Below are positions 1 through 9,856 of a stretch of DNA of 64,000 nt, one piece after another. The DNA lies in the sequence record PZ583739.1, one strand, 5' to 3'. The notes under the pieces were generated by a model. It saw only the letters and a list, made by a program, of their open reading frames with translations. It made no database searches and had not been told where the DNA came from. The number at the start of each line of letters is the position of its first letter. Positions within the stretch are counted from its first letter, which is position 1. The position numbers were made by a program, and so were the translations under genes. The DNA comes from a phage.

Positions 1-114
1 CAAACCATTTTCCAGAAATAAGCACACAATGAGTGTGGGCGAGAATTGCGGTCATAAAATTTATCGTGGAAACGAGCATGCCAAGAGTTTGTATTGATAA
101 TCATAATATTTTCC

Positions 115-675
115 TTAAGAGTTCATAGTTGGGATAACAGAGTTCAGATAAGAGACTAAAACTTTTAGCTCGTCTTTAGTAAATACCACTTCATTAAAAC
201 CGTCGTGGGTCTGGGTCAGGGATAGCAAATCACGACCCTCGTGTTGATACACGGTTAATTCAGTATCATAATTCAGTTCTTCTTCATCACCTTCAAATGT
301 TTCACTAGAACGAATCACCGCATCTTGACCAGGGACTTTCCATTCAACTTCTGGCTTGCATTCTTCCTGGAACAGTTTAAAAATACATTTAAAGAATTTA
401 TCAGAATCGCTAATGCTCAGACATTTTTCATCTGTTTCAATATTAAACCCGCCATCGTGCTTATAAATGCGAGCGCATACATCATCGTTAATATCAAATA
501 CACCACTAAAACTACCGTTAAGATATTCATCTTTATCCAAAACCTTTAAATCATAAAGCGGCTTGATATCTTGGATAGTCAGTACGATTTTATCGTCTTC
601 TTGACAAAGCTCAATTGCGTTATTAACTACTTCAGCGGTCAGTTCGCCAAACAATTCAGTTGTTTCAATAATCAT
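115..675 (-). CDS. hypothetical acidic protein (186 aa)
   Basis: Long minus-strand ORF in the early gene array downstream of rI.-1; no motif recognised. Confidence 0.45.
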   Translation of the reverse strand: MIIETTELFGELTAEVVNNAIELCQEDDKIVLTIQDIKPLYDLKVLDKDEYLNGSFSGVFDINDDVCARIYKHDGGFNIETDEKCLSISDSDKFFKCIFKLFQEECKPEVEWKVPGQDAVIRSSETFEGDEEELNYDTELTVYQHEGRDLLSLTQTHDGFNEVVFTKDELKVLVSYLNSVIPTMNS

Positions 676-685
676 TTTCTGTTCC

Positions 686-922
686 TCAACGGTTATGTTT
701 TAAAATACTATAAAGCGCTTCTACTTGGCTTGCATCCAGGTAAATAACATCATCATCTTGCTCAATGGAAATCCCACCAGTATTACCTTTAACAAAATTA
801 CATTCGCACACTTCAACTGGGCGGTATACGTCACCAACTGGATGCTCAGGCTCCAGAACAATCACACCATTTTCAGAATTACCACTTGGGTCATATAAAC
901 TCATCTCATGCTCCTGTGCCAA
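686..922 (-). CDS. hypothetical protein (78 aa)
   Basis: ORF co-oriented and tightly packed with neighbours. Confidence 0.35.
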   Translation of the reverse strand: MAQEHEMSLYDPSGNSENGVIVLEPEHPVGDVYRPVEVCECNFVKGNTGGISIEQDDDVIYLDASQVEALYSILKHNR

Positions 923-1158
923 CAGTTTCGTGGCTCACGTTTAAAAATTTCATCATGCATTGATTGACAACCAACACAATATATCACACCTTTAATCGCT
1001 TGTCTCCGCGCTTCAGGAATTTTTTCGTCGCAGTCAAAACAGAATTCAGCAGACTCCCTTTCAACTGCAACTTGTGCTCTCGCATGGGTGATAGCGGCTT
1101 GGACAACCGCTTCCATCTCTAACTGTTCAGCACCATCTTTTGCAAATCCAACAGCCAT
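901..1158 (-). CDS. TraR/DksA-type C4 zinc-finger protein
   Basis: CFDC...x17...CVGC four-cysteine motif in an 85 aa protein. Confidence 0.5.
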   Translation of the reverse strand: MAVGFAKDGAEQLEMEAVVQAAITHARAQVAVERESAEFCFDCDEKIPEARRQAIKGVIYCVGCQSMHDEIFKREPRNCWHRSMR

Positions 1159-1340
1159 TATGCTTTCAACCCATTCAGATACTCAACCAATGCTGCTTTA
1201 GAATTCGCTAAATCTCGTTTACACTGCTCTATTCCGGAATATGAATAGCCTTCACAATGTTCTACTGCACTATCATAAGAATCGCGTTCAATAGTAGTAG
1301 CGAGTTTAAGGATTTGTTCAATCTGTTCAGTAGTTAACAT
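1158..1340 (-). CDS. hypothetical protein (60 aa)
   Basis: ORF abutting the upstream gene stop in the same orientation. Confidence 0.35.
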   Translation of the reverse strand: MLTTEQIEQILKLATTIERDSYDSAVEHCEGYSYSGIEQCKRDLANSKAALVEYLNGLKA

Positions 1341-1344
1341 AATA

Positions 1345-1581
1345 TCACCAGTATTTTTTGATGGTAGAAATTAATTCTTGGACTTGAGTAGTTTTCAGTT
1401 TACACCCGCAACCCTTTAGGGTGTCTTTAAGGAGCCATGGTTCCTTGAGCTCATCCTTTTCCAGGCGGATTCTATATCCGCGGTAATCAGCAAATATGCT
1501 TCTGTCATCAAATATCTTAATTTCAAGAATATGATTATTGGTTTCATATTCCAATGAAACCATGGTATTTGTAAGTTTCAT
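1345..1581 (-). CDS. hypothetical protein (78 aa)
   Basis: ORF in co-oriented array. Confidence 0.35.
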   Translation of the reverse strand: MKLTNTMVSLEYETNNHILEIKIFDDRSIFADYRGYRIRLEKDELKEPWLLKDTLKGCGCKLKTTQVQELISTIKKYW

Positions 1582-1784
1582 TATTCCACCACATATGATA
1601 ATGAGAAAATTGCTGATGAAAGATGGGTAGCATCTTCTTCACACAGTTCAAATGGAGCTTTCTGTAAGAGTTCAACCACTTCTTCATCAGTGGCACTGTC
1701 CATAAAGATTGCATAATCATTAAGATAGATAACAACCTCATCACCAGTATTAACTGCATCAATCTTGATATTTTTAATTCTCAT
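1581..1784 (-). CDS. hypothetical protein (67 aa)
   Basis: ORF preceded by an early-promoter-like sequence at about 1793-1825. Confidence 0.35.
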   Translation of the reverse strand: MRIKNIKIDAVNTGDEVVIYLNDYAIFMDSATDEEVVELLQKAPFELCEEDATHLSSAIFSLSYVVE

Positions 1785-1851
1785 TGTGTTCTCCTCAGTA
1801 GTTGATGGGATAATAGTACACCCTTTTTATGAGGATGTAAACACCCTAAAT

Positions 1852-1882
1852 GAAAAAAAAAGGTCCACCCGAAGGCAGACCT
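1852..1882 (-). terminator. hairpin terminator downstream of rI.-1
   Basis: GC stem aggtc...gacct flanked by an A9 run on the plus strand, which is a U-run on the minus transcript. Confidence 0.5.
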
Positions 1883-1888
1883 TTTGAA

Positions 1889-2272
1889 TTACTCTAGTGT
1901 TAACAGATACTTAGTCTGAAAGAAAACTCCAACGATATCGTCCAGAGTCGATTGAATAGCCTTGGGTACAACTTTATAGACTCTTTCCGAGCTTTTAATC
2001 ATTTCATCTAAAAACAAAATTGTATCTTTCGGCAAGTCCGAGGCGGACGGTAATGCAGCTTTGTATTGTTTCCCGCTGTAACCTAACCATTGCTCACTGA
2101 ACTGGTCGAGTGGACCTTGGATTTCTGTGAAGTAGAAATCATAAGCTTTATGGCGGGCGTAACTTTTGGTTTCAAGATGGGCGGACTTAAAATAAGCCAA
2201 AGAGACTAACAACCACCCAATATATGAATCCACCTCAGACCCACGACCCGTTACGAAATCATCAAATTTCAT
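1889..2272 (-). CDS. rI.-1: rI.-1-like protein
   Basis: 127 aa ORF immediately downstream of rI, as in T4; size matches. Confidence 0.5.
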   Translation of the reverse strand: MKFDDFVTGRGSEVDSYIGWLLVSLAYFKSAHLETKSYARHKAYDFYFTEIQGPLDQFSEQWLGYSGKQYKAALPSASDLPKDTILFLDEMIKSSERVYKVVPKAIQSTLDDIVGVFFQTKYLLTLE

Positions 2273-2555
2273 CTTCCAATTTTACCTTCATTAATTTAGC
2301 GTACTCTCTCGCCGCAGCTTTACCATCGCTTTTGCAGGTAATTTCAGTTTCGCATTGGCTTTTGTTGTTCCATTCAGTCTTGATAAACGCCCAGAACTGT
2401 TCGGATTGGTGCACGCTTGGTTCTTTGAATTGCGAATAAATCTTCATCGCACTATCTGCATATTGGGTAAACTTCCCATCTGTTGCAGAGGACAGATTTG
2501 GACCTAAACAGCCCAGGATTATTAGACTTAATGAAAGTCCTCGAATAAGGTCCAT
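2262..2555 (-). CDS. rI: lysis inhibition regulator RI
   Basis: 97 aa with N-terminal signal-anchor; C-terminus AREYAKLMKVKLEDE resembles remembered T4 RI; adjacent to tk. Confidence 0.65.
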   Translation of the reverse strand: MDLIRGLSLSLIILGCLGPNLSSATDGKFTQYADSAMKIYSQFKEPSVHQSEQFWAFIKTEWNNKSQCETEITCKSDGKAAAREYAKLMKVKLEDEI

Positions 2556-2627
2556 AAGGACTCCTATTGTTGGTCATGATTACGCTTTGCAGCCTTAACA
2601 TAGCGGAATACTAGTTAGTAACTGTAT

Positions 2628-2903
2628 TTATAGACGTTTAAAATTAAAGCAGTACTCTGAAAATAAACCTGCAAAATTACGTTCAACCCAGACCCGTTGT
2701 TTTGGACTGGTAATCGTTGACAAATAGTATGCTTGTTGCAGGCTTATTCCGTTTTTATTAGGGCACTCTTTGTTGAACGAGTGATAGGTACTTGCAACGA
2801 TTTCGACTTCGCGCTCATACCTTTCCTGGTCCTGTTGCATAGGAACAAAAACCAAAACCAGGAATATCAAAATAGAGATATACGTCCAAACCTTGTATAC
2901 CAT
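2628..2903 (-). CDS. small membrane-anchored protein (rI.1 position)
   Basis: Hydrophobic N-terminal helix YISILIFLVLVFV; lies between tk and rI. Confidence 0.4.
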   Translation of the reverse strand: MVYKVWTYISILIFLVLVFVPMQQDQERYEREVEIVASTYHSFNKECPNKNGISLQQAYYLSTITSPKQRVWVERNFAGLFSEYCFNFKRL

Positions 2904-2910
2904 GTGAACC

Positions 2911-3483
2911 TCAGCTTGTTAATTCGAGCCAATGTTTTCTGCACAAAGATACGTACGATTCATTCCCACCGACCAATACTTGCTCGCCGTCCTTTACAGC
3001 AGCACCGTCGATTACTCGAGCGGTCATGGTTGCTTTCCGGCCGCAATGACAGACGCCCTTTAATTCAACCAGTTTATCCGAAATAGCCAGAAGTCTGGCC
3101 GAACCGGGAAATAATTGACCCCGAAAATCTGTTCTTAGCCCGTAACACATAACGGGGATATTGTAATTATCAACCACTTGAGCTAACTGGTCAATTTGCT
3201 CTGGTAACAAAAATTGAGCTTCATCGACCAGGACACAATGGATATCCTTTTGAGACTCGGCCCATTTATAGAATTCAAACAGGTTCATGTCGGCCGTTAC
3301 CAGGTTTGCTTCCTGGCTAATACCGATGCGTGATTTAATTTCGCCTTCCGAGTCCCGATTATCAATAACAGGTTTTAGCAAAAGCACACTCATTCCACGC
3401 TCTTTATAGGAATAAGCTGCAGTCAGCAATGAAGCTGTTTTGCCTGCATTCATTGCTGCGTAATGATAAATTAAACTCGCCAT
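2911..3483 (-). CDS. tk: thymidine kinase
   Basis: P-loop NAGKTASLL at N-terminus and C-terminal CxxC zinc knuckle; strong resemblance to T4 Tk. Confidence 0.9.
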   Translation of the reverse strand: MASLIYHYAAMNAGKTASLLTAAYSYKERGMSVLLLKPVIDNRDSEGEIKSRIGISQEANLVTADMNLFEFYKWAESQKDIHCVLVDEAQFLLPEQIDQLAQVVDNYNIPVMCYGLRTDFRGQLFPGSARLLAISDKLVELKGVCHCGRKATMTARVIDGAAVKDGEQVLVGGNESYVSLCRKHWLELTS

Positions 3484-3492
3484 ATCACCTTC

Positions 3493-3678
3493 TTAAAGCG
3501 TATTCACATAAGCTATTAATTCGTTTTCTTTCGCATCAAATCGATTGGCAAATTCTTCCTGATGGTCGGCATCTATCGGGCCATATTCATCATAAAAAGC
3601 ATTTGCTTCCGTATGCTCATCCAAAAGCTCATGGATAAGCTCAAATAATCTACTTTTCTGACTAATGCTTAAACTCAT
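3493..3678 (-). CDS. hypothetical protein (61 aa)
   Basis: Small ORF immediately upstream of tk on the same strand. Confidence 0.35.
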   Translation of the reverse strand: MSLSISQKSRLFELIHELLDEHTEANAFYDEYGPIDADHQEEFANRFDAKENELIAYVNTL

Positions 3679-3881
3679 TTCGGTTCCCCATATCGCACAA
3701 ATTTAGGATGTTCGCAATAACCAGAATGAAAACCTTCACCCTTATGATTAGAACATCCTTTATTAGAACAGTACCACCAGTAATCATATTCGCAATTCAT
3801 TTCATCATTGCATAAAGCTGCGATTACTGGCCATTCACATTTTTCACATTTGGCCGTTTTAAGAATTCGGGCTTGGCTCAT
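3675..3881 (-). CDS. Cys-rich small zinc-binding protein
   Basis: Multiple CxxC/CxxxxC pairs in 68 aa. Confidence 0.4.
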   Translation of the reverse strand: MSQARILKTAKCEKCEWPVIAALCNDEMNCEYDYWWYCSNKGCSNHKGEGFHSGYCEHPKFVRYGEPK

Positions 3882-4332
3882 AATCCACCACTATTAAATC
3901 AATATCAGGAGTAAACATGTCGATTAATTTAGAAACCTTATCCCAATCGCCGCCAGCAATACCACAACCAATACGAGGAATATAAATTACCGGTTTAAAC
4001 AAAAGGGTTTCTGCCTGTAGATTTAATTCTATCATACAATTTACTAAAGCGCCATAATCAAGATTAGGGCCCGGTTCATATTGGGTGTACAAATTATAGC
4101 ACATACCAAACCCAGTAGGTTTATGTTTAAAAACAATAGACATATCACCGAGTTTTCCTCTGTAACCATAGTCGGTTGAGGTTTTATCTATTTCTAAAAC
4201 TTTTGGATAAGCCTTCGCCAACTGTCCAGCTACGCCAGAACCCATTGTGTGAAAGCAGTTGCAACCATGTGCAATAATATTGCCTTGAAGAAAGAGGGCG
4301 ACGATATCGCCCTTAATATACTGGGTAATCAT
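3859..4332 (-). CDS. macro-domain (ADP-ribose binding/processing) protein
   Basis: KGDIVALFLQGNIIAHGCNCFHTMGSGVAGQL and IPRIGCGIAGGDW match macro-domain signature regions. Confidence 0.6.
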   Translation of the reverse strand: MITQYIKGDIVALFLQGNIIAHGCNCFHTMGSGVAGQLAKAYPKVLEIDKTSTDYGYRGKLGDMSIVFKHKPTGFGMCYNLYTQYEPGPNLDYGALVNCMIELNLQAETLLFKPVIYIPRIGCGIAGGDWDKVSKLIDMFTPDIDLIVVDYEPSPNS

Positions 4333-4688
4333 TTAGAGTTCAATCCTCTATTATATGAATCCACTAACCTGTCAACCATACTGGTGCAGGCCGCCTTATA
4401 TTTTGCACTTGACAGAATGCAATCCATTTCAAATAGTTTCTTTTCATATTTGTTGGATAATACATTCTTTTTCAAAAGCGTATGTTCAACATCATTTTGG
4501 CCATCTTTATAGGCTGCGGTGAGCTTGGCACTGAACCGGATTACACAATCCACATTGCTTGATGCGCAATAATCTTTAGCCGTCCTCGTTGCATATTCTA
4601 CGATGCTGTTGTTGTCGTCGCTCTGTACTGAAGCTATTCCTCCCATGCTGAATACTAACCCTATGGCTAAAGTGATAACTCTTACCAT
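4329..4688 (-). CDS. secreted small protein
   Basis: N-terminal signal-peptide-like segment LAIGLVFSMGGIASVQS. Confidence 0.4.
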   Translation of the reverse strand: MVRVITLAIGLVFSMGGIASVQSDDNNSIVEYATRTAKDYCASSNVDCVIRFSAKLTAAYKDGQNDVEHTLLKKNVLSNKYEKKLFEMDCILSSAKYKAACTSMVDRLVDSYNRGLNSK

Positions 4689-4690
4689 TT

Positions 4691-5233
4691 TTAATCCACC
4701 GTTTTTAATAGGCCTCGTGATTTTAAGTAGTTAGCTTTTTCTAGGACCTGTGAAGCATACGTATTACCAGCTTTCACATTCCATCCTGCGTTATATGATG
4801 ATAGTGTTTTTCTTATATCCCCCTTATGAATATTCAACCAGTATGAAAGCTCAATATAAGCCCAGCGCGCACTGTTCTCTCTCTTGCTTATCATCTTGAT
4901 TATTTCTTTATCTGTCATTGTCCACCCAACCTGTTTCACGCGTTCGCGCACGGTTGGAAGATAATTTTGGAATATACCATATGCATGATGCTTATCTTTA
5001 TTTAATCCAGTATTAACCCCAGCAGAACTTTCCTGCCAGGTTAAACCAGCCATGATATATCCCAAACCATTACGTTGGTGTGGATTTTCTTTGTACTTGC
5101 CATTTTTCTGGAACTGCTCTCCAAACGCATAAGCATATTGGAGGTTCCCCATTTGTTCATTACTGAAAGTAGGCTCTACGCTATGGGCAGACATACTAAC
5201 TGTCAATAGTAAGGTGGCGATTACTTTTTTCAT
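4691..5233 (-). CDS. secreted lytic-transglycosylase-like (SLT domain) protein
   Basis: Signal peptide, then WQESSAG (catalytic Glu-Ser) and AYGIFQ resembling SLT motifs. Confidence 0.5.
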   Translation of the reverse strand: MKKVIATLLLTVSMSAHSVEPTFSNEQMGNLQYAYAFGEQFQKNGKYKENPHQRNGLGYIMAGLTWQESSAGVNTGLNKDKHHAYGIFQNYLPTVRERVKQVGWTMTDKEIIKMISKRENSARWAYIELSYWLNIHKGDIRKTLSSYNAGWNVKAGNTYASQVLEKANYLKSRGLLKTVD

Positions 5234-5243
5234 GAATTCCCCA

Positions 5244-5702
5244 TTAGATATAAATCACTTTTGTGCTAATTTTTCCTTCCAGACGATTAGAGTTAACAAA
5301 CGCCATACGACAACACATGGTCGGAGACTTCCCAGGAAGAGCTGGGTTAACTGTCATTCCTAACCATAGGTTCTTGTCTGTGATTTCCAGACGAAGTGGA
5401 CGGTAGTTCACATTCGGGTCAATTTGTGCTTCAACTTCCGGGAGCGGTTTCATCTCCAGGAATTCAACGATTTCTTTTACATGTGGTGTGATTTTTCCAA
5501 ACAAGTCAAAAACATATTGTTCATCAATTTCACGTTGGATTGCACGGTCCAACAGGTGCGGACTGTACTTAATGAAGAATGCCTCAAGGCCTGCTTCTTT
5601 ACAAGCCTTGTTGATAGCATTATTAATTTTGAGGAACTCCGTTTCAAAAATGCGACGAAGTTTATTGCGGCGAATGTAAACACTTGAATCGATAGTAGTC
5701 AT
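5244..5702 (-). CDS. regB: RegB site-specific endoribonuclease
   Basis: VYIRRNKLRR...HLLDRAIQREIDE...CRMA closely matches T4 RegB; start set at internal ATG with AAGGAG RBS. Confidence 0.8.
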   Translation of the reverse strand: MTTIDSSVYIRRNKLRRIFETEFLKINNAINKACKEAGLEAFFIKYSPHLLDRAIQREIDEQYVFDLFGKITPHVKEIVEFLEMKPLPEVEAQIDPNVNYRPLRLEITDKNLWLGMTVNPALPGKSPTMCCRMAFVNSNRLEGKISTKVIYI

Positions 5703-5758
5703 GATTATCTCCTTTTGTTTGATGGGATAATCATAACTCATTTCAACCTGCTTGTACA

Positions 5759-6338
<580 letters not shown>

Positions 6339-6342
<4 letters not shown>

Positions 6343-6572
6343 TTCACTTCCTCGCCAGTTGCGATATCATATTCTACCAAACGAAGGCCTTCAGTCCAAC
6401 CTTGCACGGAGATATAGGTAGTCGGGTAAATCATTTCTTTACCATTCCACCGACCGCCATCCCAGACTTCCAGAAAGTCTTGTTCACCTGGCCCATTAAA
6501 CCATTCAACAAATCTTTTCAGAGCTTCATCAGAGCCTTCAATTGTCAATTTAGACATATTTTTTCCAGTCAC
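6339..6572 (-). CDS. hypothetical protein (77 aa)
   Basis: ORF overlapping neighbour by 4 nt (coupled). Confidence 0.35.
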
Positions 6573-6849
6573 TAATTAATCGCACATCCTGGTCATAGGT
6601 CAGGAGGCTACGAGTGATAATACCCTTACACGGTCCAGAAATAAATTCCAGAGTAAAGTAAGGAACCAACTTCATCAAGCGAATACTCGGAGCAGTGCAA
6701 CGAAATCTGGACCCAATAAAAGGCCCAGACAAAAACACATACTCAAAGAAATTTGCTTTATTAAAGATTTCAAAATTCTTTACGAAATCTTCTGACCTAA
6801 CCTTTGGAATAAAATAGATTTGGTCAAAAAGCTCTTCATGGGTCATCAT
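6550..6849 (-). CDS. hypothetical protein (99 aa)
   Basis: ORF in early array. Confidence 0.35.
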   Translation of the reverse strand: MMTHEELFDQIYFIPKVRSEDFVKNFEIFNKANFFEYVFLSGPFIGSRFRCTAPSIRLMKLVPYFTLEFISGPCKGIITRSLLTYDQDVRLISDWKKYV

Positions 6850-7442
6850 TGCATTCCTATCACAAAGAACAGAGGACGTGTGGTTTGATTGGTTTCTTCA
6901 CATGATGCACGACAGCAATAATGCACAACCTTTATGTGGGCATCGTAAATCTTATCCATATCAGGTGTTTTAACAGGCTCATCAATTATATACAGAACCC
7001 GTGAAAGTGATAATCCACGGAATTTGCATGCAGTGTTACCAATAAAACTACGAACAGAATCAGTGTACAAACGGTGCTTAATACTTTCTGTATGGTTATT
7101 AAAATATTCCTTTCGGATTGCAGTAGCCGAAACATTAGCATATGCCGTGTTATTAGACAAAATAACAATAGAGCCGCCATCAGCTAACCATTCCGTAGCA
7201 AAAATGGATACTGCTTTAGTTTTACCAGATTGACGCCCACCATCAAGTTTTAAGGTGCAGCATTCTTTAAACAAGGTTTGTGAATCGGGTACATAAAACC
7301 CACTATTACAAATGTGTTCTACTCTAGCATCAGAATGGTTTGCAAAAGCATTCATCAGGGATAGATAACTACCGGTTAAAAACGTTTTCATAATTGTCTC
7401 TTTTAAGTGGTGGGGCCATTCCTTGGCACATAATTCGTCCAT
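6846..7442 (-). CDS. hypothetical P-loop-containing protein
   Basis: Walker-A-like GGRQSGKT; true start may be the internal Met. Confidence 0.4.
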   Translation of the reverse strand: MDELCAKEWPHHLKETIMKTFLTGSYLSLMNAFANHSDARVEHICNSGFYVPDSQTLFKECCTLKLDGGRQSGKTKAVSIFATEWLADGGSIVILSNNTAYANVSATAIRKEYFNNHTESIKHRLYTDSVRSFIGNTACKFRGLSLSRVLYIIDEPVKTPDMDKIYDAHIKVVHYCCRASCEETNQTTRPLFFVIGMQ

Positions 7443-7554
7443 GTATCCGTATGTAAACCCTTTACCGCACTTGGGCTCGACCTTATTACAGGTAGGGAAA
7501 GGTCCATCACTCAGAGGACGCGACGTTCATGAGGAGAGGGTCGGCTTGCCTTTA

Positions 7555-7854
7555 TTAGAAAGAACCAGAACCTTTAATTGTGTTCTGGCGACCTTTATTT
7601 TCTAATTCAGAATGGTCAATTTCATATGCTTGTGCTACGCCAAAGGCCTTTTTAACTTTAGCTAAAGAACCTTTAGATGTAACAATATTAAAAGTATTGC
7701 CTTTAGTAAAATCAACCGAATCCACTTGCACGCCCTGTTTACCGAGGCTTGCTACAATAGCATCAACATATTGTTGGTCTAAATTACCTTGGACTCCGAT
7801 TTGAAATGCTTTAGGAGCTTTAGCTTCTGTGATAAATTCTTTATAAGTTAACAT
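7555..7854 (-). CDS. internal-protein-like capsid-targeted protein
   Basis: N-terminus MLTYKEFITEAK resembles the T4 capsid targeting sequence MKTYQEFIAE. Confidence 0.5.
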   Translation of the reverse strand: MLTYKEFITEAKAPKAFQIGVQGNLDQQYVDAIVASLGKQGVQVDSVDFTKGNTFNIVTSKGSLAKVKKAFGVAQAYEIDHSELENKGRQNTIKGSGSF

Positions 7855-7902
7855 TTTATATTCTATTGTTTGGTTGATAAAATCAGTATACAACCTTTTT
7901 AG

Positions 7903-8319
7903 TTAAGCGTACACTGCTTTCCCATAGTATTTGTACCAGGTAGGCTTTTGAGAAATTTTCTCATTCAGTCTGGCTTGACTGATTTCAATTGACCAGATTG
8001 ATGGTTGATAATCATTCTTCCATTCATCAGGAATATCATTTAAATCTTGGGTAGAAATATCTTTTATGTTAAACCCTCGCTTTAAACATTCCGCAATAAG
8101 TTCTTGATGGCGGTTTTTAAGGAACAAAAGTTTATCATAAAAGAAGGTGACATGACCAGTCCCTAAAAGAAAAGATGATGGGATTTTAAAGTCAGAAACC
8201 TTTTTACCATTTTGTACATGTTTGCGAACCGCACCAAACACGCGAGGAAGCTCACGATATTCAGCCATAAGGTGTTGGTCAGCAAGTTCAGATACCAGGG
8301 TTAAGTTAATACGTGTCAT
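7903..8319 (-). CDS. denV: endonuclease V (pyrimidine dimer DNA glycosylase)
   Basis: 138 aa, [35 protein letters not shown] nearly identical to remembered T4 DenV. Confidence 0.9.
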   Translation of the reverse strand: MTRINLTLVSELADQHLMAEYRELPRVFGAVRKHVQNGKKVSDFKIPSSFLLGTGHVTFFYDKLLFLKNRHQELIAECLKRGFNIKDISTQDLNDIPDEWKNDYQPSIWSIEISQARLNEKISQKPTWYKYYGKAVYA

Positions 8320-8374
8320 GTTTGTTCTCCGTAGTTGATAGGGTCATTATAACCCTATCATTTGGAGATGTACA

Positions 8375-8644
8375 TCATTTCTTAGAGTATTGACCCATAA
8401 GTTTAGCGATATCACCCAATTTCTGATTAAACAAATAATCCACTTCTTTACCAGATTTATCTACAATTTGCCACTGGCCACTTCCTTTGTTACCAAAGGT
8501 CCAATCACCAACTTTAAATGAAGTTCCATTAACTTTTTTAATAGAAGTAAACTCAAAGCCTTCTTTCTTAGCTAAAAATGCCATGCGGCTTTCATCTGAT
8601 TCATTTAATACAGATTCAGCCAAAAATTCTTGATACGTTTTCAT
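8375..8644 (-). CDS. internal protein (CTS-bearing)
   Basis: Starts MKTYQEFLAE, the canonical capsid targeting sequence; position matches the T4 ipII/ipIII region. Confidence 0.6.
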   Translation of the reverse strand: MKTYQEFLAESVLNESDESRMAFLAKKEGFEFTSIKKVNGTSFKVGDWTFGNKGSGQWQIVDKSGKEVDYLFNQKLGDIAKLMGQYSKK

Positions 8645-8647
8645 ATT

Positions 8648-9142
8648 TTACCTTTTGTATGCGTCAAAAGTTCCAGTACGGAAAGTTTCGATAACTCGTT
8701 TTGCCCTATTCGGAGTCTGGACTTTATACCATCTTGAGTCAGCTAGTTCCTTAGCAGCAGCTTCCCATGATTTAGCCTTCAGAAGTCGCATACCCTTAGG
8801 AAAACCAGCTACCCCAGCAACACCCATCTGGAATACCATATTAATGAGTGCACAGCGACGAACTTCATCCAGTACATCATAAACAGGTTTTAAGACAGGA
8901 TGTCTCAAGATTCCAGCTTTAGCTTTTTCGACCGAACGATTAAACAATGTTTCAGCTTCGTGTTGGGTTATGCGACCATTGCAGACGCGACCCATGAGCT
9001 TGTCGAGCTCAGCACGAGCAACATCTTTTGATGGGTTCTTAGTTATCAGTTGCCCGATACCAATGGTCCAATAGCCTTCAGTATCTTTATACAAATCCAA
9101 CTTACAACCTTCATCTATACGTAACATTTCGAATATATTCAT
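8648..9142 (-). CDS. e: lysozyme (endolysin)
   Basis: [12 protein letters not shown]...[11 protein letters not shown]...[12 protein letters not shown] matches T4 lysozyme, with catalytic E11/D20/T26 equivalents. Confidence 0.92.
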   Translation of the reverse strand: MNIFEMLRIDEGCKLDLYKDTEGYWTIGIGQLITKNPSKDVARAELDKLMGRVCNGRITQHEAETLFNRSVEKAKAGILRHPVLKPVYDVLDEVRRCALINMVFQMGVAGVAGFPKGMRLLKAKSWEAAAKELADSRWYKVQTPNRAKRVIETFRTGTFDAYKR

Positions 9143-9168
9143 AATACCCCCTTATATAGGAGTATTTA

Positions 9169-9630
9169 TTATCCGAAAATTTGAGTCATTACCTTGTACA
9201 TCGATTTGCCCATCACGTACTGCCATTGGCTCGGTTTAATCAGAGCAAATGCATCAAACTCTGGGACCGAACTGCCATCCGGGAAGGTATGATAGGCAGA
9301 GCATTTACTGTGTCTGAATTGCTCATGCTCGACAGGAACCGTATACAAAAACAGGTGAAGGTTTTTGTTATCTGAATAACGGAACTCACCGAGGTCTTTT
9401 AAGAATGCCGGGTCGTATTGGGTAAACCCAGTTTCTTCTTCGGTTTCACGAATAGCCGCTTCAATCGGGGATTCACCAGCTTCCACATGACCCTTAGGGA
9501 TGTCCCATTTGTGTGCTGGCATACCTGGTTTACGAGAACCGGTCACACGACCCATGAATAACTCTTTATCTTCAGTCATGAAAATAATGCCAGCAGATAA
9601 TTCTTTCACCTTGTTTTTCTTACTCATCAT
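9169..9630 (-). CDS. nudE: Nudix hydrolase
   Basis: Nudix box GHVEAGESPIEAAIRETEEETG; immediately downstream of e as in T4. Confidence 0.75.
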   Translation of the reverse strand: MMSKKNKVKELSAGIIFMTEDKELFMGRVTGSRKPGMPAHKWDIPKGHVEAGESPIEAAIRETEEETGFTQYDPAFLKDLGEFRYSDNKNLHLFLYTVPVEHEQFRHSKCSAYHTFPDGSSVPEFDAFALIKPSQWQYVMGKSMYKVMTQIFG

Positions 9631-9856
9631 CACGTTCCCAAGATTTTTTAAAGATTTCGCCCATAATAATTTCAATACGTGTTTCTGTTGAAGGCGATTC
9701 ACTATCAGAAGTTTGAACTTTATATTCAGAAATAGGGCGGAACATATCTAAGTCAGTTTCTAAATCATCTTTGATTTTCTCTTCTGATGTACCTGTGTCA
9801 TAGGAATACAGATAAGAATCACATGACTCAGATTTAATATAAATCGCAATACTCAT
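9620..9856 (-). CDS. hypothetical acidic protein (78 aa)
   Basis: ORF coupled to the upstream gene (ATGA overlap). Confidence 0.35.
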   Translation of the reverse strand: MSIAIYIKSESCDSYLYSYDTGTSEEKIKDDLETDLDMFRPISEYKVQTSDSESPSTETRIEIIMGEIFKKSWERDDE

